Positions 1-10,672 of a stretch of DNA of 64,000 nucleotides are shown piece by piece (the first letter of the stretch is position 1; each line of letters starts with the position of its first letter). Origin of the DNA: Clostridium sp. (lineage in GTDB: Bacteria > Bacillota > Clostridia > Clostridiales > Clostridiaceae); assembly GCF_036569345.1 (NCBI RefSeq), contig NZ_DATCQT010000090.1, forward strand, positions 4,201 through 68,200, given 5' to 3'. The position numbers were made by a program, and so were the translations under genes. The notes beneath the pieces are model-generated. The model was not told the DNA's origin and made no database searches. It worked only from the letters and a program-made list of their open reading frames with translations.

Positions 1-329
1 GAAAAATAAATCTATCTCTTCTATTAAATGATAACTATGCAGATGGGAAAGATGTTTCTTGGATTTGGGATGTAAATTTTGAACGTTTAACTGATCTTAA
101 TATTGATAAAATTATGATATCTGGAATACGCCTCTACGATATGGCAATAAGACTTAAAGTCGCTGGATTTTCATCAGATTCCTTCCTGCTTTGTAAAGAC
201 GAACAAACCTTGCTTAATGAAATTAAGGGTTGTAACGGCGAAATAGTTTATATACTAGCTACATATACCGCCATGATAAATTTAAGAAAATTTTTACACA
301 CTAAAGGATACATAAATAAAATTTGGTAA
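1..329 (+). CDS. murT: MurT/Mur-ligase family protein, C-terminal part (5' truncated by window edge)
   Basis: Frame open from base 3 reads LLLNDNYADGKDVSWIWDVNFE (DUF1727/MurT motif); directly upstream of gatD. Confidence 0.9.
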   Translation, partial: KINLSLLLNDNYADGKDVSWIWDVNFERLTDLNIDKIMISGIRLYDMAIRLKVAGFSSDSFLLCKDEQTLLNEIKGCNGEIVYILATYTAMINLRKFLHTKGYINKIW

Positions 330-370
330 TATAAAAAATATAACTTAGAATGTGAGGTAACTAAAAGAAT

Positions 371-1099
371 ATGGAAATTAATATTTGTCATTTATATCCT
401 GACTTATTGAATGTATATGGAGACGTAGGGAATATTCTAATATTGAAACACAGAGCCGAATCACGTGACATTAAAGTAAACATTGTTAATGTATCTATGG
501 GTGATGAGTTTATTACTGACGATTATGATATTGTATTTTTCGGTGGAGGTCAAGATTATGAACAGGCTATAGTTTCACCAGACCTAATAGAATTCAAGAA
601 ATCTGCAATTGACGACTATATACAAAGCGGAAAAGTATTTTTAGCTATTTGTGGTGGATATCAATTGCTTGGGAAATACTATACTACACCAGACGGCGTA
701 CAACTTGAGGGACTTGGTATTTTGGATATTTATACAAAAGGCGGAGAAAAACGTTTTATAGGTAACACAATTATTCATAATGAAGTTTTTGATGAAACTT
801 ATGTAGGATTTGAAAACCATTCTGGAAGAACTTATATTAATGGTCTAAACCCCCTTGGCAAAGTTAAAGTTGGATATGGCAACAACGGCGAAGATGGTTA
901 TGAGGGTTGTGTTTATAAAAATACCTTCTGTACTTATTTCCATGGTTCTCTTTTATCCAAAAACCCTGAACTTGCCGACAGGCTACTTTCTCTTGCCTTA
1001 AACAATAAATATAACGAAGTTGCTTTAACTTCTTTAGATGATACTTTAGAAATTAAAGCCAAGGAATTTATAATAAATAGAGAATTAAAATCCACATAA
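371..1099 (+). CDS. gatD: Type 1 glutamine amidotransferase (CobQ-like), lipid II isoglutaminyl synthase subunit
   Basis: LYPDLLNVYGDVGN, FFGGGQDYEQ, LAICGGYQLLG, GFENHSGRT, TYFHGSLLSKNP; follows murT. Confidence 0.92.
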   Translation: MEINICHLYPDLLNVYGDVGNILILKHRAESRDIKVNIVNVSMGDEFITDDYDIVFFGGGQDYEQAIVSPDLIEFKKSAIDDYIQSGKVFLAICGGYQLLGKYYTTPDGVQLEGLGILDIYTKGGEKRFIGNTIIHNEVFDETYVGFENHSGRTYINGLNPLGKVKVGYGNNGEDGYEGCVYKNTFCTYFHGSLLSKNPELADRLLSLALNNKYNEVALTSLDDTLEIKAKEFIINRELKST

Positions 1100-1158
1100 T
1101 TTTAATGTTTTTTCAACCTGCTATCCATACTAAATACATCTTAGAGTAAATGTGATAT

Positions 1159-1403
1159 AGTATGAACTTTCTCCGGGAGTGGCACCAAATAAGAAGAGCA
1201 GAAACATTGAAATTCCATTTAAAATTCTTCTTTTTCAAATATAAAATTCTCGTAAAACTGCCAGGAAGGCAGTCTAGTGAACCCGAGACAGGACGTCGAG
1301 TGTGAACGTTAGAGAATTTTATATTTTAAAAAAATTAGAATTTCTTAATGGAATTTCACGTTTCAAACTCTTATTTGGTGCCACGCAGGAGAAAGTTCAT
1401 ACT
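1159..1403. repeat. ~245-bp palindromic element: ~94-bp imperfect inverted arms around a ~58-bp GC-rich core
   Basis: 1159-1252 (agtatgaactttctccgggagtggcaccaaataag...aattccatttaaaattc...ataaaattctc) is the imperfect reverse complement of 1311-1403; core contains the hairpin ctgcc-aggaa-ggcag. Confidence 0.85.
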
Positions 1404-1447
1404 GATTGCACTAGAAAAAAAGATGTAGGTTTTGGAAAATTCCAAAC

Positions 1448-2710
1448 CTACATCTTTTTTTCAAGTTTTATAGCTAAACTAAAATACTTTATAGAATCGG
1501 CTACATTACACAGTTTATGGTACATACTTCCCATTTCTAAGTAACGCGCATATATATCTTGCTTTTTACCAAATTTGAATAAAGAGTCTAAAGATAAATT
1601 CATATATATCTCTGCATTAGCTGACTTTCCTTGTTTATCAAGAATAATAGCTTTATAATAATAGCTTTTTTCAATGAATTTTATATCATCTAAATCAATA
1701 GCATAGTTTAACACTTCATCAGAAATAGTTTGTGCCAAATCAACAACGTCATTTCTGATAAGTTCTTTAATACATTCTAGCATAAAACTAACTAACCCTG
1801 TCTTATCTTCTCTAGGATAGCAGCTTAACCCCTTATTTATATATTCAACTGCACGCTCACGCATATTACAGTCAAACATTGTTGAACCATAATTAAAAAT
1901 GGCCATTGCCTTACTAGAAGTTTCATCTTTATATAGCTCATAAGATTTTTTTTCATATATCTCAAACTTGCCATTCTTCACTCTTATAGATAATATAGCA
2001 AGCATATGATATATCTCGGCCGCTTTAAGATCTGTATCCACGTGCTTAACCAAATCTAATAATTTTTTCCCTACATCAAAAGCGTTCTTATAATTTTTTA
2101 GCATAATATTACAAGCAGCCTCATTATAAGTGACTATTATTAATTTTTTATAATTAGGAATTTTGCTTTCGCTTAACCCCTTTCGTACATTACAATAATA
2201 GCTGGAAGCCTGGAGATAATCTTCTTTTATATATAAATGTCTTGCCATGTCAATATAATAATTTAATTTGTTATCTTCTAATGATGCTTGTAAATGTAAA
2301 TCATAGTACTTGGAAGTAATTGATTGTATTTTCTCAAAATCTCTTTTATCTAAGTAAAAATTAAACAACATATGTATTAGCTCAATAGCTAAGTCGTAGT
2401 AATTATATTTTTCAGCAAACTCCAAATTATAGGATACCTTAGTTTCAAAATCTACATTTTTATCATCATACTTTTTTAAAATATTAATATTTTCCTGAAC
2501 TTGCTCTAATACATTTTCTTTTAAATATTCAATATCTATGTCCAATTTTTCACTTATAAGATCTAGAATCCAAGATTCCGCCATGACTTTGTTGTTTTCT
2601 ATACAACTCATCTTAGATACTGAGATTTTATCACCGCATATCTCTTTCAAGGTATACCCCTTATATATTCTACTTCTTTTTATCTTTTCTCCCGTTGATA
2701 ATATTTTCAT
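1448..2710 (-). CDS. XRE-HTH plus TPR-repeat transcriptional regulator (RRNPP/PlcR-like)
   Basis: N-terminal LSTGEKIKRSRIYKGYTLKEI..MSCIENNK HTH followed by helical TPR-like repeats; start placed at ATG 2710. Confidence 0.85.
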   Translation of the reverse strand: MKILSTGEKIKRSRIYKGYTLKEICGDKISVSKMSCIENNKVMAESWILDLISEKLDIDIEYLKENVLEQVQENINILKKYDDKNVDFETKVSYNLEFAEKYNYYDLAIELIHMLFNFYLDKRDFEKIQSITSKYYDLHLQASLEDNKLNYYIDMARHLYIKEDYLQASSYYCNVRKGLSESKIPNYKKLIIVTYNEAACNIMLKNYKNAFDVGKKLLDLVKHVDTDLKAAEIYHMLAILSIRVKNGKFEIYEKKSYELYKDETSSKAMAIFNYGSTMFDCNMRERAVEYINKGLSCYPREDKTGLVSFMLECIKELIRNDVVDLAQTISDEVLNYAIDLDDIKFIEKSYYYKAIILDKQGKSANAEIYMNLSLDSLFKFGKKQDIYARYLEMGSMYHKLCNVADSIKYFSLAIKLEKKM

Positions 2711-2829
2711 CCTCATCACCTATCCACAGATTAAATAGCTAATTTATGAATTAAAGGGTCTAACAAATAAATAATAAGTAATATGCTTGTTATTTGCTCG
2801 TCCCTATCCATAAAATAGTTTTACTTAAA

Positions 2830-4128
2830 TCACTTGATTATTCCCAATTTCGTAAATAATTCCACACCTTCATTTAAATATTTAGCCGCGTCTGTTGCTC
2901 TACCACCTTCAATATAAAACTTTCCAATCATTATAGATATTTCAGCAGCCTCTTTTATTTGATCTTGTTCTTTTACAAAATTTAGTGCTTGTAATAAAGT
3001 TTTTTCTGCTTCATCCTTATTGCCTTCTAATAGATCTACTCTATATTTTAATAAATAATAATGATATAAGGCCTTATAATTACCATCTTCTATATATTCT
3101 AGAATATTTTTTAAAGCTTCTTTCGCTTTATCTACTGATTTAAGCTTAATGTGATTTTCACAAATATTTGCTAAGGTTTCTATTAACTTTATGTCATTAG
3201 TCTTTTCCCTAATTTCCTTAGCTTTATATAAGTGTATAAAAGATTCTTCCATGTTTTCAAATTCATAAAACAATCTTCCCAAATTGTTTTCTATCTCTGA
3301 TACATAAATTAAATTGTTAACTTCATTAAACACTTTCAGTGTATTTAAAGAATATTTTATTGCATTAACAACATCACTTTTTTTATTATATTCATATGCT
3401 AACAATAAAAGTGAATTAGCATATTCTTTTTTATTATCTATTTGCTTAAACTTTTCCTGAGCTAAATATGAATATTTAACAGCTTTATCCATATCTTCTA
3501 GCTTAAAACACGTATAACCAATGTAATAATATATTTCACCTAATAAAAAATCGTTTCCCATTTGATTGTCCATAAAAACCTTTTCGCCTTGTCTAAAATA
3601 ACTTGAAGCCGACTGATAACCCTTAAGTTTAAGTGTTATTTTACCGAGTTTTAGAAAAGTTCTAATTATTTCTTCATACGAATTATTTTTAATAAAAATA
3701 ACATTTGAAGAAAGAAAAACCTCTTGAGCTGCCGCAATGTCGTCCTTAGCCATATATATATCCCCTCTTAGAGATAAATTTTTGGCTTTTCTATATTCCA
3801 ACTTGTATTTTTCAGAATAAAATATAGATTTGTCAATGTTTTGCTCAGCCTGTACTAAATCATTATTTAAAATAAGTGCTTCAGCAATATTTTGATAAAA
3901 CAAACATATTTTCTCTGCTTGAGCTTCCTCTGACTCCATAAGGTATTCAACAGATGTGTTTAATGTACTTGCCAAATATTCTAATAAATCCATACTCGGG
4001 TTAGATTTTCCAGATTCAACAAGACTAATTTGTCCTGGTGTTATTCTATTTCCCGCAAGGTCTTTTAATGTCATATTCAGCTCTTTTCTTTTCCTCTTTA
4101 TCTTTTCCCCTAAAGACAATATTTCCAT
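2830..4128 (-). CDS. XRE-HTH plus TPR-repeat transcriptional regulator (RRNPP/NprR-like)
   Basis: MEILSLGEKIKRKRKELNMTLKDLAGNRITPGQISLVESGKSNPS HTH plus TPRs; ATG 4128 follows an RBS-like aaggaaga. Confidence 0.87.
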   Translation of the reverse strand: MEILSLGEKIKRKRKELNMTLKDLAGNRITPGQISLVESGKSNPSMDLLEYLASTLNTSVEYLMESEEAQAEKICLFYQNIAEALILNNDLVQAEQNIDKSIFYSEKYKLEYRKAKNLSLRGDIYMAKDDIAAAQEVFLSSNVIFIKNNSYEEIIRTFLKLGKITLKLKGYQSASSYFRQGEKVFMDNQMGNDFLLGEIYYYIGYTCFKLEDMDKAVKYSYLAQEKFKQIDNKKEYANSLLLLAYEYNKKSDVVNAIKYSLNTLKVFNEVNNLIYVSEIENNLGRLFYEFENMEESFIHLYKAKEIREKTNDIKLIETLANICENHIKLKSVDKAKEALKNILEYIEDGNYKALYHYYLLKYRVDLLEGNKDEAEKTLLQALNFVKEQDQIKEAAEISIMIGKFYIEGGRATDAAKYLNEGVELFTKLGIIK

Positions 4129-4386
4129 AATCACTCTTCCTTTACAACATGGTAATGTACAAAACACATTCAAATAAACAACAAGTTTATATATTAGTTT
4201 TTATTCATCCACCTAAAATATTATTAATTTAAACAATCTTAGACAATTTTATTTAATTATAACATAGATTGCCTATATGTTTCTAATTATATGAACAGGT
4301 TTTGAATATTCCACGAACAAAATTAAACTAAATTAATTAAACTCCAAACCATATCTATTAATATAGTTTGGAGTCTCTTAATTTTT

Positions 4387-4563
4387 TTATAAGATATAGT
4401 CCTTTACGCTATCATAAACATCGCCTGCCATATTCATAACCATTTTGCCAGTTCTTTTAGCTCTTCTTCTTGTATTTCTGTCCATATTCGGAATTAACAT
4501 TACACCTGCTGCTACTCCAATTATTGCACCTGCTGTAATTGTTGATATAAATTTGTTTTGCAT
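4387..4563 (-). CDS. YtxH-like small membrane protein, 58 aa (missing from ORF track)
   Basis: Hand translation MQNKFISTITAGAIIGVAAGVMLIPNMDRNTRRRAKRTGKMVMNMAGDVYDSVKDYIL; RBS agaggatg. Confidence 0.8.
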   Translation of the reverse strand: MQNKFISTITAGAIIGVAAGVMLIPNMDRNTRRRAKRTGKMVMNMAGDVYDSVKDYIL

Positions 4564-4717
4564 AATTTACACATCCTCTCTTTATTTATTTATACTTTAT
4601 AGCATGTGCATTTTTAGTTTAATTAATGTATTTTTTTAATAACAATAACGCAAAAAAATAGTGAACATTTTCATTCTTTTATAGTGAAATTTTTATAAAA
4701 TATCTTAAATAATAGAG

Positions 4718-7441
4718 TTATGAGTAAACATCTGAAAGCTCTACTCTTATATTTTCATCTATACTTCTCACATTGCTACTATATAACATGTTTTCATGAA
4801 GTACCATTATTGACGGTAATTTGACTGTAAATTTGCTTCCTTTTCCAAATTCACTATCCACATAAATACTACCACCATGTAATTCTACAATGGACTTAAC
4901 TAAACTAAGGCCAATGCCTGTGCCTTCTGCATTTCTTGATAATGATTTATCTACCTGCTTAAACCTATGAAATATCATATCCAAATATTCCTCTTTAATG
5001 CCAATTCCATTATCTCTAACTGATATTTCAACAAATTCATTTTTTTTCTTAACCTCAACGAATATCTCATCACCAATATCCGAAAATTTTATGGCATTTG
5101 AAATAAGATTTAATACTATTCTCTCTATCTTTTCTGTATCACAAGCAATGATGTTTTCCTCAACATCCGTATCAAAAATAATATTTAAGCCTTTACTGTA
5201 AGTAAAGTCGGTCACAGATACCACTATTTCTTCTACAACTTCAACTATATTGTTATTAGATAGATTTAATTTAAAGAATCCTGCTTCAATTTTTGACAAA
5301 TCAACTATATTATTAATAATTTTAGATAATCTGTTGGAATTTTGTTTAATTGAGTCTATATATTTAATGAAAGAATCCTTTTTCTCGTCTAGAGATCCAC
5401 TTTCGCAATACATATTAAATAACTGAGCGGTAGCAAATATAATATTTAGTGGTGTCTTAAGTTCATGAGATACATTAACAAGAAACTCTCCCTGTTGTTT
5501 TAGTGCTTTTTCCATAACCATATTAGATTCTATTTCAGCAGTAACATCTATTATTAAAATTATTATTTCGCGGATTTCTCCATTCACCTCAAGCATAGGT
5601 TCAAAAACAATATTCCAATATACCCGGTTCCCATTTAGCAAAATATTTTTATTATTTAAATACTTAATTCTTTTTTCTTTTAAAACTTCACTAATACACT
5701 TACAATATTCACTTGATTTAAAGTTTTCAAATAAATCTTCAACTTTTTTATTTTTTAATTCCACCATTGATTTAACCTCAGGTTTAAGTAACTTTATTAT
5801 TTCAAATGCCTTTTTATTAATATCAACAATTAATAAATCTAGGTTGGATAATCTAACAACAGGTAAATCAAAAGTATTTACCATCCTATTTAAAAATTCA
5901 TATCTGCTTCTTATAATTTCTTCATGTTTAAAATAGTCTGTCATATCTTTGCTACAAAGCACACCTAAAGTAAACTTTCCCTTACTATCATAAATAGGAG
6001 TTCCACTAATATCTAATTGTAATGTTTTATAAGGAGACTTTACTGTTACTCTCATATTTTTAAATTTTTCACCCCTCATAACCCTACGAGCTGGAATATT
6101 TTCAGGATCAATTTTATCTCCATTAGGATCATAAAAGTCAGATGGTTTATATCCATCACCTATATTGTTCATGTTGTCATAAGAAGAGAAAAACAGTTCT
6201 CTTGATGTTTTGTTTAATAATGTATACTGTTCTTTACTATCAAAAATAGCAATAGAATCGGAAATGTTTTCTATGATAGCCTCTAGTTCCTTTTTCTGTT
6301 CTTCAATTTTTCTAGATTGATTTATTGTTTCTGTAATATCATGAAAACACGATACTATCATTGTTAACTTTCCAAGGGAATTATAAATCGGTATTGAACT
6401 TATTTCAGCAAAATATTCTATATTTGGATGACGTACAAATATTTTAACGCTTTTTACTATTTCACCTCTTAATGCTCTAACCGATGGAAAGTTTTCAAAT
6501 GGTATCTCATTTCCCACCATATCAAATACTTTAGTGTCTTTTAGCGCTTCCCCTAGTGTAACTCCCTTACCTGATTGATAAATAAACCTCTTTGCTTCTG
6601 AATTTACCATTGTAAGTTCACCTTTGTTATCAGCAAACATTACTCCCTCAGATAAATTTTCAAGTATACTAACTAGCTGTGTATTATGTTCTTCTAGCTG
6701 CTGCTTTTGCAAATTAATTATCTTGTTTTTCCTCTCCAAATTCTGATTTTCAAAAACCCTCTGAGTAACCTCAGTCACGATTTCAAATATGTATTTCATC
6801 TTTCCATTTTCATATATAGCTGTTTGATTAAACCTCCAATAAGTTATTTCTTCCACTGAATTATTAAATACGATTTCCTTTATATAGCTACTTTTTAAAG
6901 AACTAAAAATAGAGTTATAAATAAGTTCGGCTTGGCTACCTACAAAATCCTTTACAATTTCTCCTATAGGTCTACCTAAAGTATCACTATATTTTTCAAA
7001 ATTTGAATCTGTTAAATCAATATATTTTTGATTTGCCTTAAGCAATATTAAATCTGGCACACTGTAAACAGCTACTCCTGATATGTTATCTAAAAATGAT
7101 TGTTCCACAAAAATGAGTTTATCATTAAGTTTAGAATTTGGTCTTTTGGAAAAAGTATATTTTCTTTCATTAATTTTACTACCATCAAAAAGTGATATAG
7201 TGACGTCACGTGCTTCAAGGGTTTTTGTGAATATGTATCCTAAGTACTTGCAACTTATATTCTGAGGGAATTTCAAAAAATTGATTTTCAGCATATGACA
7301 AATTTCTATAATGGTTTTACCTAACAATTCAACATCTGTATACCCTGTAAAATTAAGAAATTCTTTATTAACCTCTGTTACAATGTTGTCACATAGATAC
7401 AAATATGGTTTTATCATTTTGTTTTTTAAAAAATCACCCAA
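4718..7441 (-). CDS. Cytoplasmic multi-PAS sensor histidine kinase (no adjacent response regulator)
   Basis: H-box SHELKTPL, N-box RIVLNLISNAIKF, DNGIGI, GTGIGL; repeated PAS-like segments; no transmembrane helix evident. Confidence 0.92.
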   Translation of the reverse strand: MGDFLKNKMIKPYLYLCDNIVTEVNKEFLNFTGYTDVELLGKTIIEICHMLKINFLKFPQNISCKYLGYIFTKTLEARDVTISLFDGSKINERKYTFSKRPNSKLNDKLIFVEQSFLDNISGVAVYSVPDLILLKANQKYIDLTDSNFEKYSDTLGRPIGEIVKDFVGSQAELIYNSIFSSLKSSYIKEIVFNNSVEEITYWRFNQTAIYENGKMKYIFEIVTEVTQRVFENQNLERKNKIINLQKQQLEEHNTQLVSILENLSEGVMFADNKGELTMVNSEAKRFIYQSGKGVTLGEALKDTKVFDMVGNEIPFENFPSVRALRGEIVKSVKIFVRHPNIEYFAEISSIPIYNSLGKLTMIVSCFHDITETINQSRKIEEQKKELEAIIENISDSIAIFDSKEQYTLLNKTSRELFFSSYDNMNNIGDGYKPSDFYDPNGDKIDPENIPARRVMRGEKFKNMRVTVKSPYKTLQLDISGTPIYDSKGKFTLGVLCSKDMTDYFKHEEIIRSRYEFLNRMVNTFDLPVVRLSNLDLLIVDINKKAFEIIKLLKPEVKSMVELKNKKVEDLFENFKSSEYCKCISEVLKEKRIKYLNNKNILLNGNRVYWNIVFEPMLEVNGEIREIIILIIDVTAEIESNMVMEKALKQQGEFLVNVSHELKTPLNIIFATAQLFNMYCESGSLDEKKDSFIKYIDSIKQNSNRLSKIINNIVDLSKIEAGFFKLNLSNNNIVEVVEEIVVSVTDFTYSKGLNIIFDTDVEENIIACDTEKIERIVLNLISNAIKFSDIGDEIFVEVKKKNEFVEISVRDNGIGIKEEYLDMIFHRFKQVDKSLSRNAEGTGIGLSLVKSIVELHGGSIYVDSEFGKGSKFTVKLPSIMVLHENMLYSSNVRSIDENIRVELSDVYS

Positions 7442-7481
7442 TATATTACCTCCATATTTTGTATTATATCCATATATTTAT

Positions 7482-8435
7482 TTACTTGATTAGTTCTAAT
7501 AAATAAGTAATAAACTTTGTTTTCTCGACGCTGGTTAGCTTCTTTATTAAACTAATAGTATCTCCTGGATTTAAGTTGTATTCATTAATAATATCATTAA
7601 ATGAATATTTTTTTATTTTTTCTTCTATTTTTTCTTTTATTTCTTCATTATTTTCCTCTTTAATTTTCTTATCCTTTGAATTTACAACAATTATATTGTT
7701 CTCTCCACTAGGAGCTATTTTTAGAATTTCTTCTTTTACATCCTCACTGGCTACATTTATAATATTTTTAAGTAACCATTTTTCCACAACCTTATCTGAC
7801 TTTATCCCTAATTGTTCTTTACATTTTTCATCAACAAGTTCGTTAAACAAATCTCCAGTGTGGCTATCCACCTTAACAAATATAACTTCTAATCCACTCT
7901 TCATAAGACCTTGCATTTTCTTGTAATATTCCTTTGAAGATTCTTCTTTTCTCTCCCAAAATCCTGTAGCATGGTAACATATCCCAACATAATCATGAAA
8001 TATTACTACTTTCTTTTCTCCCTTTAATAAAGCATACTGGCAGGCCTTTGCTGCGCCTTCTAATTCCCCTGCTATTTGTCTTATATTTTTAGTTGAATCA
8101 CTTTTACTAGTCCCGCTCTCTATATGTAGAACTATACTGTTACGCACAGCTACCACCCCATAAGAATATTCTTCACTGGTTGAATTATAACTTCCATCAA
8201 CATAAACATGAAGGCAATCTTTTGGGTAATTATCATCTATTTTATTAAAAACATTTGAAGCACCCTTTAAAAACTCTTTAGCATCATTTGGGTCCTCAAA
8301 GCTTTTATATTTAGCACCTTTTACTCCTTTTACATATTTTAAACACTCTGCCCAAGTGCCAACTATTTTATTTTCTATTTTCTCGTTAGTACTAGCATTA
8401 AATCCTTCCTTTATCGCATAAACTTTCTTTCCCAT
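7482..8435 (-). CDS. rnhA: Ribonuclease HI with N-terminal hybrid-binding (caulimovirus viroplasmin-like) domain
   Basis: YAIKEG..W.EC...VKGVKGAKYKSF N-domain; HVYVDGSY, AGELEGA, KVDSHTGDLFNELVD RNase H motifs. Confidence 0.85.
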   Translation of the reverse strand: MGKKVYAIKEGFNASTNEKIENKIVGTWAECLKYVKGVKGAKYKSFEDPNDAKEFLKGASNVFNKIDDNYPKDCLHVYVDGSYNSTSEEYSYGVVAVRNSIVLHIESGTSKSDSTKNIRQIAGELEGAAKACQYALLKGEKKVVIFHDYVGICYHATGFWERKEESSKEYYKKMQGLMKSGLEVIFVKVDSHTGDLFNELVDEKCKEQLGIKSDKVVEKWLLKNIINVASEDVKEEILKIAPSGENNIIVVNSKDKKIKEENNEEIKEKIEEKIKKYSFNDIINEYNLNPGDTISLIKKLTSVEKTKFITYLLELIK

Positions 8436-8831
8436 TTTATCTGTTCTCCTTTTTAAAATCTACGCCATATGTTAAAACATAGATATATTATCCCCTACCC
8501 CAAAAACTATTATAAATAAATTATACAACAAATAATATATTTATCAATTATTTCTTACATTATTTACATTTCCAAATTCTATTAGGTTCGTTGGACAAGA
8601 CTACAAATAAATACTATAATAACTCATATAAGTTGATATTCGCGTTATGTATTTTGCGTAACATATAAAATTTGTAAATTATTTTAACAAAATTATAATT
8701 GTTTTAATAAAAATATAATTCGAACATTTTCAATTATCAAAAATAAAGAAAAATATATTAGATGAAAGGATGGTGAATGAAGCGAAATCCACACTACTCT
8801 AAAAGCATAGTGGTTTTCTTGCTTCTATTAT

Positions 8832-10613
8832 ATGAATAAAATTAAAAACAAATATATTTTTATCCCTATTGTAACTGCTGTTTTTTCATTAATATTTCTG
8901 ATTTTTATAAGTAATACCTTTAAAGTATCTACAAATAAAAAATATACTGACTTTCTTAAAGATACTTCAAAAAACATAGTCTCAACAGTGTACGTAACAA
9001 CCTCTCCTATAATTCAAGTTAAACTTAAAGATGGTACCATTTACCAAACGGATAATCCAAGAACTAATAATTTCAAAGATGTATTGCTTAAGGATGGAAT
9101 AAATGTTTCTGAGCAGGCTCTAACAAATCCCGCTGAAATAGCTTCAATTTCTGGATTTGTTATTTCTCTCATAGCACTAGGAATTATGACCTTCAAAACT
9201 ACCAAGAGAAAGTCGAAAAGTATGTTCTCAGCTACTAATTTAGACGTTACAGCTGTTGAGGATATAGGTTTTAACTTTGAAAATGTAGCAGGTAATGAGG
9301 AAGCTAAAGATAGTGTACAAGATGTAGTAGATTTTCTTAAAAATCCTGAAAAATATACCGCTTATGGTGCTAGAATGCCAAAAGGAGTAATTTTATATGG
9401 AGATCCAGGGACTGGTAAAACACTTCTAGCAAAAGCCGTTGCCGGAGAAGCAAATGTACCTTTTTATGCAGTATCCGGGTCTGATTTTGTTCAAATATAT
9501 GTAGGGGTTGGTGCTGGTAGGATTAGAAGCTTATTTAAGAAAGCAAGAGGTCAAGGTAGAGCAGTTATCTTTATTGATGAAATTGATGCAATAGGCAAAA
9601 AAAGGGATAATGGACGCGGTGGCGGATCTGACGAAAAAGATCAAACACTTAACGCTCTTTTAACGGAAATGTCTGGTTTTAATGAAACAGAGGGCATAAT
9701 TGTAATTGCAGCAACTAATCGGCTTGATATGCTAGACGAGGCTCTTCTAAGACCGGGTCGTTTTGATAGACATATTGAAGTTACATTACCTGATGTATCT
9801 GCTCGGGAGAAAATTTTAAAACTTCACTTTAAAAATAAGCCTGTTAAGGATATAGACTATACGGAATGGGCACATAAAACAACATCATTTTCAGGTGCAA
9901 AACTTGAGAATTTAACAAATGAGGCTGCTATTATTGCATGTAAGGACAATGCTGTATTTATTGGAAATGAACAAATGGATAAAGCGTATTCAATAATGTT
10001 AGCTGGTTATGAAAAAGTTGATAGGGATTACATTAAAGAGGAGGATAGGAAAATAACCGCCTTCCACGAGGCAGGACATGCCCTGATTTCGCTTAAGATG
10101 TTACCAAATGATAAAGTATCAAAGGTAACTATAATCCCAACTACTAAAGGTGCTGGTGGTTATACACTAAGTATTCCAGAAGACACATTATATCAGAATA
10201 AAGAACATTTAAAGAAAAAAATAATGGTACTTTTAGGTGGTAGAGCTGCTGAAGAAATTATTTTCGGAGAGGACCATGTAACTACCGGTGCTTATAATGA
10301 TTTGCAAAGAAGCACTCATATTGTAGCAAATATGATAACAGAATACGGAATGGGTGAATCCTTAGGTCTACTTACTATGAACAAGCTAAGTGAATCAGGA
10401 TTTACAAACCAAGAAGCTGTATTTTTAGAATGTAAGAATTTAATTACAGAATTATATGAAGATGTTAAAAGGATTCTCACTGATGAAAAAGAATCTTTAG
10501 AGGCTATTACATCACTATTAATTGAAAAAGAAACAATATATTATGAAGATTTTGCGAGCATTATCAAGGTTAATAACCTTATTGCAGATAATCGAAATAA
10601 TGGAGTTGCATAA
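8832..10613 (+). CDS. ftsH: FtsH-family ATP-dependent zinc metalloprotease
   Basis: Two TM helices, Walker [30 protein letters not shown]. Confidence 0.93.
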   Translation: MNKIKNKYIFIPIVTAVFSLIFLIFISNTFKVSTNKKYTDFLKDTSKNIVSTVYVTTSPIIQVKLKDGTIYQTDNPRTNNFKDVLLKDGINVSEQALTNPAEIASISGFVISLIALGIMTFKTTKRKSKSMFSATNLDVTAVEDIGFNFENVAGNEEAKDSVQDVVDFLKNPEKYTAYGARMPKGVILYGDPGTGKTLLAKAVAGEANVPFYAVSGSDFVQIYVGVGAGRIRSLFKKARGQGRAVIFIDEIDAIGKKRDNGRGGGSDEKDQTLNALLTEMSGFNETEGIIVIAATNRLDMLDEALLRPGRFDRHIEVTLPDVSAREKILKLHFKNKPVKDIDYTEWAHKTTSFSGAKLENLTNEAAIIACKDNAVFIGNEQMDKAYSIMLAGYEKVDRDYIKEEDRKITAFHEAGHALISLKMLPNDKVSKVTIIPTTKGAGGYTLSIPEDTLYQNKEHLKKKIMVLLGGRAAEEIIFGEDHVTTGAYNDLQRSTHIVANMITEYGMGESLGLLTMNKLSESGFTNQEAVFLECKNLITELYEDVKRILTDEKESLEAITSLLIEKETIYYEDFASIIKVNNLIADNRNNGVA

Positions 10614-10620
10614 ACCGTTT

Positions 10621-10654
10621 AAGACCCTCGAAGCGAAATCTTCGAGGGTCTTTT
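10621..10654. terminator. Rho-independent terminator between convergent ftsH and rhomboid genes
   Basis: aagaccctcgaag-cgaaat-cttcgagggtctt followed by tt. Confidence 0.85.
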
Positions 10655-10672
10655 ATTTATAATTGTGACTTA

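Noticed and set aside
1159-1403. Possible 6S, SRP or RNase P RNA
   Set aside because: Lacks the SRP helix-8 and RNase P GAGGAAAGUCC signatures; the arms are long AT-rich inverted repeats with the GC-rich part in the terminal loop, unlike the 6S central bubble. Not excluded without Infernal.
1302-1544. 80-aa plus-strand ORF, and the many short ORFs antisense to long genes (e.g. 2538, 3956, 4998, 7576, 14268, 18208, 45534, 47278, 50213)
   Set aside because: They overlap well-supported genes on the other strand or arise from the palindrome, and show no recognisable motifs.
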